DNA of 64,000 bases from IMG/VR virus record IMGVR_UViG_3300032229_000759, positions 1-64,000 of that record; one strand, given 5' to 3'. The translations under genes and the position numbers were made by a program. Of this stretch, positions 1 through 13,000 are shown piece after piece. The notes beneath the pieces were generated by a model. The model saw nothing but the letters and a program-made list of their open reading frames with translations. It was not told where the DNA came from and ran no database searches. The stretch comes from a virus. Positions within the stretch are counted from its first letter, which is position 1. Each line of letters opens with the position of its first letter.

Positions 1-58
1 AATCCCAATTAAATACATAATATGGTCAAATTCTATTGATATACAAATATTCTCAGAA

Positions 59-73
59 GGTGTATTATTCTAT
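59..73 (+). promoter_or_regulatory. Candidate late promoter motif GGTGTA + AT-rich tract
   Basis: GGTGTATTATTCTAT 53 nt before ATG 112; same core recurs at 18986 and 21110 upstream of structural genes. Confidence 0.4.
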
Positions 74-111
74 ATCTGACTAGTAAATTAGCCACCTAAA
101 GGATTATTATT

Positions 112-627
112 ATGTCTTGGCAAATAGAAATACCGATTATCGTCCGTACCTTGGTTAATGACGTAGCGGATCAGCCAGTTTATAGTGATGAACGTATTAT
201 ACAAGTCATTACAGTAGCGGCTAAATATGTTCAATTTGATGTAGTATTAGATCACTCTTATTCAGTAGATGTTTCTAACTTAAGTATTAGTCCTGATCCA
301 ACGCAAGACAGAGACGAAATTTTTATTAGTTTGGTGAGTTTAAAAGCTGCTTGTATTATAGACCAAAGCACCTTCAGAACCAAGGCTGTAACAGAGGGTA
401 TCAGAGCAGCTCTTGGACCAGCTCAACTATCGGTTGCTGGTAGTTTAGACGGATGGAAAACTATTTTGGATAAAGGCCCTTGCGCACTATATGATGAATT
501 AACTTCTCATTGGGATGTCAAGGACGCTGCGGCGGTTGCTGCTGTTCTTAGTCCTTTTGCTGGCAATAAATTTAATCCAAGATATTTACAAAGTAATTCA
601 GAAAGATCTAGATATTATTATTCTTAA
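112..627 (+). CDS. Putative head-to-tail adaptor/connector protein
   Basis: 171 aa; N-terminal VRTLVND...YSDERI pattern typical of adaptor proteins; AAGGA RBS; first gene of the structural block in the window. Confidence 0.6.
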   Translation: MSWQIEIPIIVRTLVNDVADQPVYSDERIIQVITVAAKYVQFDVVLDHSYSVDVSNLSISPDPTQDRDEIFISLVSLKAACIIDQSTFRTKAVTEGIRAALGPAQLSVAGSLDGWKTILDKGPCALYDELTSHWDVKDAAAVAAVLSPFAGNKFNPRYLQSNSERSRYYYS

Positions 628-642
628 CTAAAGGTTTAGATT

Positions 643-1083
643 ATGCCTGCTGCAGATTATAGTTTTACCATAGAAAAAGGAACAGCTTTCGTTATCGCCT
701 TTGAATATAGAGACGATCAAAATATTCCTATTAATATTACTAATTGGTGCGCTAGAATACGATGGATAGAAGATCAAGCAAGCCCTGTGATCAGGACATT
801 TACCACCAACACTAGAAATACAGAGTATGAGTTTACGATAGACCCAGACATGGGCAAGATAATACTTAAAATTCCAGCATCTCAAACAGCACAGTATAAC
901 TTCGGTTCTGCTCGATACGATTTTGAACTACAAGAGCCGAACGATCTGTATTCAGGCGGAGGAAAAAAGATATTCAGAATTTTACAAGGAACAGTGTCTT
1001 TAATTTCTAGAAATGTTCCTGGTGATGATGTATTTGGATGTAACACCAATGTACAAAATGACTGCGGAACATGTGACACATGA
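643..1083 (+). CDS. Virion structural protein, BppU-N/fibre-attachment-like beta-sandwich, with Cys-rich C-terminus
   Basis: YSFTIEKGTAF...PINITNW.AR...YDFEL...RILQGTV pattern common in genes preceding fibre genes; ends GCNTNVQNDCGTCDT. Confidence 0.55.
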   Translation: MPAADYSFTIEKGTAFVIAFEYRDDQNIPINITNWCARIRWIEDQASPVIRTFTTNTRNTEYEFTIDPDMGKIILKIPASQTAQYNFGSARYDFELQEPNDLYSGGGKKIFRILQGTVSLISRNVPGDDVFGCNTNVQNDCGTCDT

Positions 1084-4000
1084 GTATTGTAAGAATAGAA
1101 GAAGAAATACAGCCTTTAAAATATTTAGTAATAACACAGACCAAAGACCCAGAAAGTGTTATTACTACTAATGTGGTTATATCTGACAATAGATTAAATA
1201 AAATTAATTTATTATCTATAGAAAAGGGACCACAAGGAGACCAGGGATTACAGGGACTTCCAGGTCCAGCCGGTGCTGACGGAGTGGTCTTTGATGTTTT
1301 ATCCATTAGTAGTGGAGGTACTAATAACACATCCTATACTAGCGGCAATATTATTTATTTTGATGGAGAAAAGCTCAGTAGTTCGGCCTATACCGTAGGT
1401 ACTCTTTTGGATGTTATCAATTCTACTTCAGCTATAACAGGCATATCTTCTGGATCAGGGCTGTATAAAAATACTATCGGAGATAATTCAATAGAATTAG
1501 GAGTTAATATTGGAGACGGTTTAACTCTTAATAGCAGTAATACTGTTGTTGTAGATGATACTATTGTCAGAAAAGTAGAACTCAGCATAGGCAATATTAG
1601 TGGGGTCGTTCCTATTGCAAAAGGAGGAACTAATAATCAAACATTTTCTTCTAATAGATTATTATACTTTGATGGTTCTAAAATATCTTCCTTTCCATTA
1701 GCCACAGGACGTATTTTACTAAGTGGTACTACTATTGATATTGTTGCAGGGTCTGGTCTTGTCGGTGGCGGGCCAGTATCTTTACCCTCTGGCTCTGTGG
1801 TGCTTAATATAGGCGGCTCGGAAGACATATTGGTAGAAACAAATACCATACGCCTATCTAATACTGGTATCCCAGGAACATATAGTAAAATTACCACAGA
1901 CGATAAAGGCAGAGTTATATCTGGTAGCAATTTAACTACACAAGATATTATTAATATATTAGGATATATTCCTTGGGGCCCAAATAATGATGGAGCAAAT
2001 TCTGGTTTAGACGCAGACAAGCTTGATGGTTTTGATAGTACAGATTTTTTCAATTTAGCTAATCACACAGGCATCTTAAATCCCAATTCGTTACCGGTAC
2101 AATCAACACCTGGAACTTTTACTAAAGTTAGTATTAATAATAAAGGCATAGTAATTAATGGGTCTGATATTGTATATCAAGACATTGTTAATGCTTTAGG
2201 ATATAGACCCATAAGTAATTCTGGAGATAGTATTAATGGTCCGTTAGTAGTTAATGGAGACGTAACCCTAAATACTGATAATGTAAATATTAGCGACAAT
2301 CTAATTACTATCGGCACTAATTCTCCAGCTATTTTACCAAGCGAACCTAGAGGATTTAGTTTTTTGTATGGTGGTGCAACACCCAGAACGGGCGTCTTAG
2401 CATATTTTCCTGGAGACAGAGAGCTACGTTTAATTACTAATATCACTAACAGTACCAGCCTATTAAATGGCGGAGACTCTAATGATATCTTTAACGAAGA
2501 TGTAGACGGCGGAGACGCCACAACTATTTATGTATACAACAATGTAAGCGGAGATGCCGCAACAGTTTTGATGAGACAAGTGGCAGACCAGATATATGTC
2601 AGCAGGACTGCTACACAAATTGTTAGTGGATTAAAAACATTTGCTGATAGACTAACTGTAGATGAATCAATATCTATTAGACCTAGATTTGGTCAGTCTA
2701 CTCCTCCATTATCAGTAGGAGGCAACACTAGATTAGTAGAAAATCTCAATGTGGATCTTTTAGATAATCAGCATGGCTCATATTATTCAAATGCCAATAA
2801 CATGACAGGTCTTTTTGATTATGAAAAAGTAACTTTTAATAATTTAGAAGGCACCCCTAATTATATTCCTGTTTTTGACAACAGAACTAATAATCCTAGT
2901 AGAACTATTAGTAATTCTAATATTTTACAATCTGGTAATTCTATCAGAGTACTTGCTGATTCTAACTTATTTGTTGGAGCTACTAACAGCGGAACAGCTG
3001 CTAATAGATCGTTGCTTGTTGGTTCACAGAACAGAGGTTTTGCTAATAATGGCCTAGCTATTGGCACATCAAATATAGTTTCGGGTAATAATAGCATAGC
3101 ACTAAATAACAATAGTAAAGCTATTAAAGATAATTCTATTGCAGCTGGTACTGCTGGTTATACATGGTCTAATAATCAGATTGCTGTTGGAGCTTTTATA
3201 GAAAATAGTGATGGACAAACTTTATCCCAAGGTCAGTATTCTACTATTACTTTGGGTCTTCCTAGCTCTCAAACAGAGGGTTCATTTGTGTCCATGTCTC
3301 CTAGTGTAATTATACCCAAGAATAAAACAATAGCTTATAGTTTAGAGGTATTACTAAATAAATCCGCAGGTACCGGCGCTGCTCTGTTCGTATTTGATAG
3401 TGGTATTATTAAAAATACGACTTATAGAGATCCAGATAATTTAACAAGTATTAAAAATATAACATCTATACTAAAAAATAACAAAAAAGAAGAGATATAC
3501 AACGATTCTCAACAAAGAAGACACTATTATCACTATAATTTTAATGACAATAATACTATACAAAATTTAGATGTAACAGCTCCGCCATTAAAATACAACC
3601 CACTGACAGTACAAAATGTTGATACTTTGTACAAGTACACCCCACAATATAAGTCTTTATCGGGCGTTTACTATAAGCTACATAATGGCGAGTTAATTCT
3701 TGAATTAGATAAGCCATTGTCGAGCGGATGGTTCACACAACCTCTTAACGACAATAAAATTTATGTCAAGTCTTATGATCATGGTTTGTCTAGCGGGGTT
3801 TCAGTTTCTGCGTATTTTTCTTCGGGTTCTTTGTACAAGCTGCCACAGAACAAGTATGCTGTTACTAACATAATAGACAAGGACAGTTTTTATCTTAATC
3901 ATTTATCTTGGGGCTGTCTATTAAGCGGCAACATGGTAATTGTGAAACCCTCCTCTGTATTATACAACAATAATATAGAACAATTAAGATTTAGTGGCTC

Positions 4001-7000
4001 TATTGTTACCAACGGTAGTCAAATCTATAGTATAGATAGGTCTGTTAAGGGCGTGCTCTTTCCTGGTATGGAGATCAAATACGGTCCTGTTGGCCGTCCT
4101 ACCTTAGAACAAACTGGTGTGATTACTAGCGTCTCGGGTCCTGATGTGTCTTTTTCTCCACCGTTTACTGGTACTATCGACAATAATTCGATTCTAGGAC
4201 CAGGATATTGTGAAGTTACTAATTATTCTAAATATATTTTTAAGTCTAATCCTAATCTAAGAATAGATCTGGGTTCGTTCGGCTATCATGGGGTGACTTC
4301 TACAACAGCACCATACGACACAACGTTTTGTGATCAGTCTACTATAGCTTTTAATATTTCAGGCTTACTAACCAGCTTGACCGGCATAGACGCCGAAATT
4401 ACTCCGGTCAATTTAAATTCTGGAATTTTAACTATTATTCCTCATAGAACAGTATCCGGAACCTATACTAGAGAAGCTACAACATACAAGAAATATCAAG
4501 GCATTTATACCAGAGAGCCCTCTGTCAGCGGTCTTAGTACCATCAAAATATATAACAAAAATCTAGAACCAATTTCGGTCCCCTCTGTGCCGTTTAATTA
4601 TCAGTTGGTTTGCGGACACGGAGATACTGATAATAATGCTTTTCAAGTTATCAAATCTGGTTTGTATAGTTATTTAGAGTTCAAAAATAGTAGTATACAA
4701 GTATCTAGAACAGGTATTCAACCAAGATATTTTTTTACAGCACCCAATAATAACTTACTAAATAATGAAGGTTATGTTTTTTATCCAATAAAAGATAATA
4801 ATGATTTAAGCCTCCTGCCTTCTGGTATCGATCCAGACATAACATATTATCCTATTAATATCTTGTCTAGTGGAGGATATAATTATTTTAACCTTAGTCT
4901 AACTTCTGGTGGAAATCCTATTCAAAATGTAGCTCTTGGTGCTAATGGTACATATAGATTATTTCCAGTAGCGGTCAATCCCACTGCAAAAGATAATTAT
5001 TATATTCGATTAAGGTCTTATGATCGTTCTGGTAGATTTTATGAAAAACCATTCGTGGTACATGTTGATGATATAGAAGTTAGAAATAATATAAGAAATT
5101 CTATACCAAATCAATACGCCGTAGTTAACGAGCCATATGTTTTTCAAATAGCTGCAAATACTTTTCCCAATAATGTCTCGGGTTATATAGCCATAACGAC
5201 CGATGGCACTAATTTACCTTCGTGGTTAAATTTTAATTCGTCTTCTTTAACTTTTAGCGGCATGCCTACTAGTAATGACTTAACTAGTTTTGATATTCTG
5301 GTTCGTGGTACTGGCGCAAACCTTAGTGTTTCTGATGTGTTTAAATTACAGGTAGTCAGTGATCAGTCTTCAATTTCTAACTATTTTAGTGATCCTTATC
5401 AGTCTTTTGACATTGTAGATTTTAATTTATCCAATATTATAGTACCTAAAAACTTATCATATGATACAATAATTGGTAAATTTAATACTAATGGAGGCTA
5501 TAATCCATATCTAATATTTGAAACATCTTCTAATTCTTTTAGAGGCAATGCTCATAGCGGTAGTAGGGTATTAACAGAGTCTGTGAATGTTTCTGGTGTC
5601 TTTCCAACAACAGCCATAATCAGCGCTATCACTTTGTTAGAATCAGGCAATCCTGTTACGGTATCTTATGTTGATAATCCTAGTATCAGTACCAATAAAA
5701 CCATCAACCAAATTATTCCACCAATAGGTTTTCCTGCCACTCTAGCTTCTGGTACAGGTATTCTATCTATATCTGGTGTTACTATACCAGCGTATAGTCT
5801 AGTTAGTGGCAATAGACTTTTTTCATCACTGGAAGGTTGGGACAATCAGGCTAGAGTCGTTTCAATCACACCACAACAAATAGTTTTAGACAGGATTCCT
5901 GCTGCGATAGACCAGCTTTCTTTGGAAGTGGAGGTGTTTACTAGCGGACATAATGTTTTAATAGATACAGCGATAAATTTATCAGGAGTTATTAACAGCA
6001 CATTTACAACGCCACTTAATTCATCTGGTAACTATTATATTGATAATTTACAATTTTATACCACTACGGGAGTGAATAATTCTTGGTGCCCACAAGCAAC
6101 TATAGATAGTAGTAATGTAAAGGGTTTTCATACGCTTTCCACAAAATATTTATCTGCTAATACAGGGTATTATTCTACTGGATTAATCTCTTTTTATACT
6201 GACATTGGACATAGTATTATTACTGTATATCCAGATACAACATTAAACCTAGAACCAATAGAAGATAGTATTCATATTAAATTTTTATCTTCTAGTACTG
6301 GATTAGTACCCAGTACTCGTACCTATTCTATTATTAGCGGACTAAATGAGTCTTCATTTTCAATAGATAATACTTATTTATTTCCTAATATCCAAAGAGC
6401 ATGTACTGGAGCACTAGTTCTTAATCTAGAACAAAATCATGGATATCGTATATTAAATAATAATGTAATTAATCAAGTTCCTGTGAAGTTTGAAAATGTA
6501 TTAGAGTCTAATAGTAATAGAATACCTAAAAATAATTTATATGATATTTTAGCTATCAGTGGCAATAAGTTAAAATTGAACGATAGTGATAATTATTTAT
6601 TAAAAGAAATAAATCAACCTGACTATTTTGAGCAACCTATTCATGCCACCTATAATACTAATGGGTTTTATTTTAGTGGTTTGCTAGTTAGTGGATCTCC
6701 TTATCTATTCAATTGTACCACAACAAACATCTTTGACTTAGAGCCACGAATGTTAATAGGTTGTAATTATAGTAATTGGAGGGACGATACCGGATTTTTG
6801 AGTGCGCAAGACTATATTTATATGAGTGGTACTATAGCATCAGGAACAAGAAGGGTTTTCGTTTCGCCATCTAATTTTGTGGCTGGTCTACCTGAGCAAA
6901 TACAAATTTTTTCTGACGATCCTGGATGGGGCGATGAAGGTTATCGCACACTAATAGCTAAACAAGCTATACTTGGGTTTTTTGACATAGACAGCGATCT

Positions 7001-10000
7001 AGTATCATTTTCTGGCAGTAAGACTTTTACATTGTACTCTAAGCCTTATATACAACTAGATAAACCAGTATGCTTAGTAAATTCTAATAAGAGATATGAT
7101 AGACTATATTTTAATGGTAATGTTCTTTCACTGAATAATTTTTCTACACCACGCAGTTATTTACAAAATAACGACCAAATTAAAATTTTACAATGGAACA
7201 CTACTAGTATTTTTAATTCTTCTGGTATTAGTAGAAACGTTAAAATATTAAATCAAAATAATAGACAAACATCTTTAACTGGTATAGCACTCGGTGGCAA
7301 TAAAAACATATCTCCTAAAGCATCATCTCCTAATACTTTGTTGAAAGAAAATGAGTTTAGACATGCTGATCCTTTGGGACTAAGCAGAGATGTTGAACTT
7401 CCTCCGATTGGAACAGTGTCTTTTGTGGGGGTTTCCTCAGGAAACTGTTCAATTCCTTTTAGTAATAATATCTATTATCATACACACGGAGATAGTACCG
7501 CTACTTGGCCAGCTGACCCTTCGGGGACGTATGTTAAATCTCCACTGACCGGTATTTATTTTGTTAATAATAATTCAAACTCATGTGGATCAGGATATTT
7601 ATGCATCAGTATCACAGGCTTTAGTAATACAATATTCGATAGTATAGAAGATTCTATATCTAGAAATACTTTAGGTAAAAATCCTACAACACTAATAACA
7701 GATTCTCTAACTGGTTCTATCAGTCCATTAGCACTGACTAATAAAAAGTTGTATTTTGATTTTTCTGATGATTTAGCAGAAATCAATGGTTCTTACTATG
7801 TGGCTCAAAAAATTAATCCATCTGTAATTTCTATTAACATACCATATAATTCTAATTACTTAAATCGTAGTGGATTAGTTTATATTGTAGATAGTGATTA
7901 TAATATTAAAAGCAATAGAAATCCTAATTTAAATAACACATTTGATAGAGTTAATGGTAGCGTAGTTATCAAAGAGGGTAATGCTACTTTATCTAATTAT
8001 GTTAACTATTACATAGATAGCTATAATAGTAAAGCTAAAAGATGGAAACACCTAGTTCATTTAAATAAAAATATTAATAATTATGGAGGATACGACATTA
8101 CTTTTGGTGGACAAATTGATACGCAACTTATTTCTTTGTCTCCTGAAACTATTAAGTTTAATAGTATAGAATATTCTTTTGACAGCGGATCAACATATAC
8201 TAATTTAAATTTAAGTGCTAGTAATATTAATTTATTGTCTAATACTAAAACAATTTATTTAAAAATATCTCTAAAAGATGGTTCGGGTAAGTGGGACACA
8301 GAGATTAAGAAGTGCGCCCCTCGTATCAATATTTATGGTATCGGCGAATATACTATAGATTCGGACAATATGATTTTTAACCCCCTAAATAAGCAGTGGT
8401 TAATAACCGTAGTTCTGAGCAATTTAAACCATACATATAACAACAGACCTATTATTATTAGAGCTAGTGATGAGAGCGGCTCTGCAGAACATACAGTAGT
8501 ATTGAGTACTACGGTGCTGCCATTGATCTCCAGTCCTTCTGGTAGATTTGTTGTACAAAATGATTCCAACGGATGGGTATTACCGTTCGATATTAAATAT
8601 CTACCAAATGCTAATAGTATTGTTATTAGTCTTACCGGACACCCAGGATCAGACTATACATCTTATAATGATAGTTTATCAAATAGCACAGGAACTAAAA
8701 TTTTCACAGGCCCCGTAGGAAATAATACTGGTATTTTTAATCCTGTATTAACAATTAAAGATTACATCACAGACCAGACTCTTGCATCACAAACTGGAAG
8801 AATTACAGTATTACCACTAGATTCTGATTTACCGTATAGTATTAATTTAGAAGACCTATCTGATAATATAAATTTGAATATCGGCCCTTATTATGGTAAT
8901 AATACTGCATCTTTTGAATTTCATATTCCAGCAGTAATTGATTCAGCCGTAGGCCCTACTATTACGTTTGATTCTAGTAGTTTTTATGGAATTAATCATG
9001 TTTTAGAATATAGCTCAATTTCTAAAAGATACAGGGTCACAGCAGTAGTTACGGGTGTTCCGGGCTATTATCCCAATAAAAATATTAATATAGCTATATC
9101 TCAACCTAAATACGATGTAAATGATCAATTATATTGGGAAAGATATCAACTCTCTAAGCCTGTGAATCTTACTCTGTATAGAGATATCAATATTAACACC
9201 ACAGAGCTCAACCAGCCGGTTTTATTTAATAATGAAGAGCCTTGGTCCATCAATTTTAAAGTTGATGATGGCTTGTATTCTCATAGGTCAGACGTAGCGC
9301 CCAAAGTCAAAATAGCTAATCTCACGAATATAGGCAATTATGAGTCTCAACCCTTAGAATATACTTTAGTTCCTACTTTTGACAATGTGAATAAAAAATG
9401 GAATTTTAATATTACGGCTAAAAGAGATATTTTTGGTGAATATACCAGAAATCTGGGCTTGCACACATTAAAAATTTATGCTGAGGATAATGTATCTTTT
9501 GCTACGGGATATATTAGATTAAATTTTGTACAAACTCCATATTTAGACAACTTAAGAAATCTTGTATATAGCACACCAAATAATGCCTATGTGTCGAATG
9601 TAGATATTAAACAATTTGGAGGCGCTTTAGATCAGCCTCCACCAGTTTCTTTTCCTGGGAACCTAAAAGAAAATACAGTTTCTTTAAATAGATATCATAA
9701 TAAATATGATTACGACTTAAGATTATGGGAGTATAGCTATTCTGGATCTCCGATTACTGAAAAATGGAATGTGGATCTTAGCTTATCTAATATTAATACA
9801 TTGTTATCTGACAATCAATATTCTAGCTTAATTGTTAGATGTAAAGGCATAGCATCAGACAAAATACAGGCAGTAGGTAAGCTTAGTTTAATTGAGCTAG
9901 ATTCTAATTCTATCACATCTCTCCCATTTCGAATCATTAATTTAACTACACCAAGTTATCAGGTTACAGAAGGATCATCATGGTCTATCTCTTTTAGTAC

Positions 10001-13000
10001 TGTCGGAGGATTAGAAAATCCAAATTATCCGCCCACAATTCTTTTATCCGGTATGCCTTCTGCTTGTTCTGGTTTTGATCCTAAGACACCTTTAGTACAG
10101 CAAAATTCATGTCTCAAGTCACGAGGATGGAACGCCGGTGCAAAGCGATGGGATTTTCAATTCGAGGGCTTGCCTCTATGCGGACAGCAGGGCTTGAAAC
10201 CCTTTACTGTAACAGCTATTGATACAGACACTACTCAAAATTTATATTTAGATGTAGACTTTAAGACTTCTGCTATTGAATATTTATCTTTAGAGTCTGC
10301 CGGACTTGCTCATCCTAAGCCACAAATTATTAATAACCCGGGACAAGAAGATGAAGACCCAATTAGATTAATCCCTCTTTGTAATAATAGCTCTATAAAT
10401 AAAGTATTTAAATTTGGTACAAAAAATAGAGAGACGTGTCCCATACCTACTGGTTTGACCGGCTGGATGGTCAGTGGTCAATTACCATCGGGTCTAAATT
10501 ATACTATTAATTTCCCTGGTATTCTTGCTCCTCCATGGAATAATTTGTCCAGCGGCACACTCACAATCTTCGGAGAACCTCTAGCATTTGCTAGTGGCGG
10601 AGAATATAATGAAAAATTACATCTAACTGTTTATGATGCAAGAAATAAGTTTGAGACTAAAACATTTAAATTTACAGATACCTCTACAGCTAATCCTCCG
10701 TCTCCTATTAGTTATACTGTTTATTTTGATAATATTGGTCCTACGTTTACTAAAAGGGCGGATAGACAACCTAATCAGCCGACTAATACGGTTAATCTTT
10801 CGGGAACAGCACCAGTGGATTACAACCAATATGGCAATGTATTAACTTATAAGCCCGAACCTCATCCTTCATCACTATTATGCACCAGCCGACTGCCTCA
10901 TAATCAATGTTTAAGATCCATATTCGCTTATAGTGGAGGAGATTATTTAGCTGGTGATTCTAAAGTTTATATTACTAATAGTAAATATGGTTTAGCCGCA
11001 AATAATCAGATATATTTAGAGTTTGATAACAATAGTAATAATCCGTTTAATGGTGAATATTTTGTCAAGACAACGGGTAATCAAGCTTATATAAATGCTG
11101 TAGGACACACCTTTACCACCGGTAGCGGCGTATTAGTTAGAGCTATATATGATAGTATCAATACCAGAGAACTGCATAGATTTCAGGGTTCTGTAGACAC
11201 GATTAGTAGCAATGGTATTTTGGGCTGTGGTTCTTTCAAATATAAAAATATATCTAATGATGATGGATATGGTATTTTTGGAAGATTAATGCCATCATTT
11301 GTGGCTTCTATACCTACTTCTGGAGCTTTCATTAGTTCTGATTCCAAGCTATCAGGACTTACCCTATCTGCTATACCTGAATATAGTAATTATCCTAGCG
11401 TTTATACCGTTAAAACATCTACTTGTTGGGAGACAGGGTATTATCGTATTAGTGGCATAGTATTACCCAGGCCTTCTGTGGAACTTACAGATCCTCCACC
11501 AGCAGCCACTTTTGCGCCATTTTCTTATAACAACCAAGCATATTCGGTATTAAGCAGGGTTGTTTACGGCAATTCTGAGTTTGAAAAAAATAGAGCAGAA
11601 AATTATCGTTCCGTTGGAGTTAATTATTTACTCAAAAATTGTACCACAAACACCGGAATACTTAATGGCTCTGTTAGTACTTCCACCCCATCGGCAGGTG
11701 GTGGTCAAGCAATTGTATTTAATAATTCTCTTAATAGCGGATCTGTTTTATCTATTAAACTTTGGAATAATCCAGATAATTTCCCGACTTATCTTTATAA
11801 TAGTATGTCATATGCAGAGAATGAATATTTTTGGATACATAAAGCAGGAGACAGGGATGAAATTCCTAATCAGTCTAGCTTCCCACCAATTATAGCAACT
11901 GGTATAGGCAATACAATTAATGCTATGAGTGGAGTATCTGTAACTGGATATGTTCTTAAGTGTTTGGGCGGATATATTCCTTGGAGTGGCAATTATGCAG
12001 CTACGCCCTACTACTCTTTATCAAATGGTACTCCTTGGACACTCAATAATTATGCTCCATTAATTTCTGGTATAGTCCAAAAAGACCTTAACAAAAAGAT
12101 GAATACCACCTATAGCTATAGTCCAGGTATTAATTCCGTAGGTATTGTGGTTAATATCCCTACCGGCACTTTCTATCCAAATAATAAAATATTTATTAAT
12201 TTTCCTGACAATATTATTCCTGGCACTGGTATTACTCTACCTAGTAATTTTATTGATACAGTTATATTATCTGTGTTCCCAAGTAGACAACAGCCTGTGA
12301 ACGGACCAGTAGAAATAGAAGGTAAAGCTAGTATTGTTAATATTGTAAGTGACAAAATTTTTATATCTCATAACAATGTATTTTTTGAAAATGGTGACTA
12401 TGTTGATATTGGTCTTGATATAAAGACATCCACAGAAAATCGTTTGTTATACAGTGCCGGTAAATTATCTATAATATCTGGAGATAGTTCTACAATAGTA
12501 GCCACACTATCGGACAGCAATCCGAGCACAGTATTTAGTGGGCTTTCTATAGGCGACTCGTGCTATATCCGTAAAAATATATATAATGAAATTAATATTG
12601 GTCCACCATCATATGTTAATGACGGACAATGGGCTGCTGCTATCACCGGTATTCCTGATGGATTATATAAAGATTATTGGTATCGTATCATTACATCAGA
12701 GAATACGGGATTGCCAGTATTTTCTGGCACAAGTCTTAAGTCTAAAATTAATGTTATAGATTATCCTTTATATATCAATAAAAGTCCTTCTATCATATTA
12801 TCCGCACAAACTATAAATTCTGGTATTATTAAGAATAATGGAGTATGGTCATTTAGTTTTGAAATAGAGGGTGGACAAAGACCAGTATACGATTACTTAC
12901 CAGAAGTAACAATTAATGATAGTTTCTGTCAATTTACTAGAGTGTTATCTACCGGAATGAGAGATGGTTATAATCAAGTAAACGATAGACTAATAGTAAC

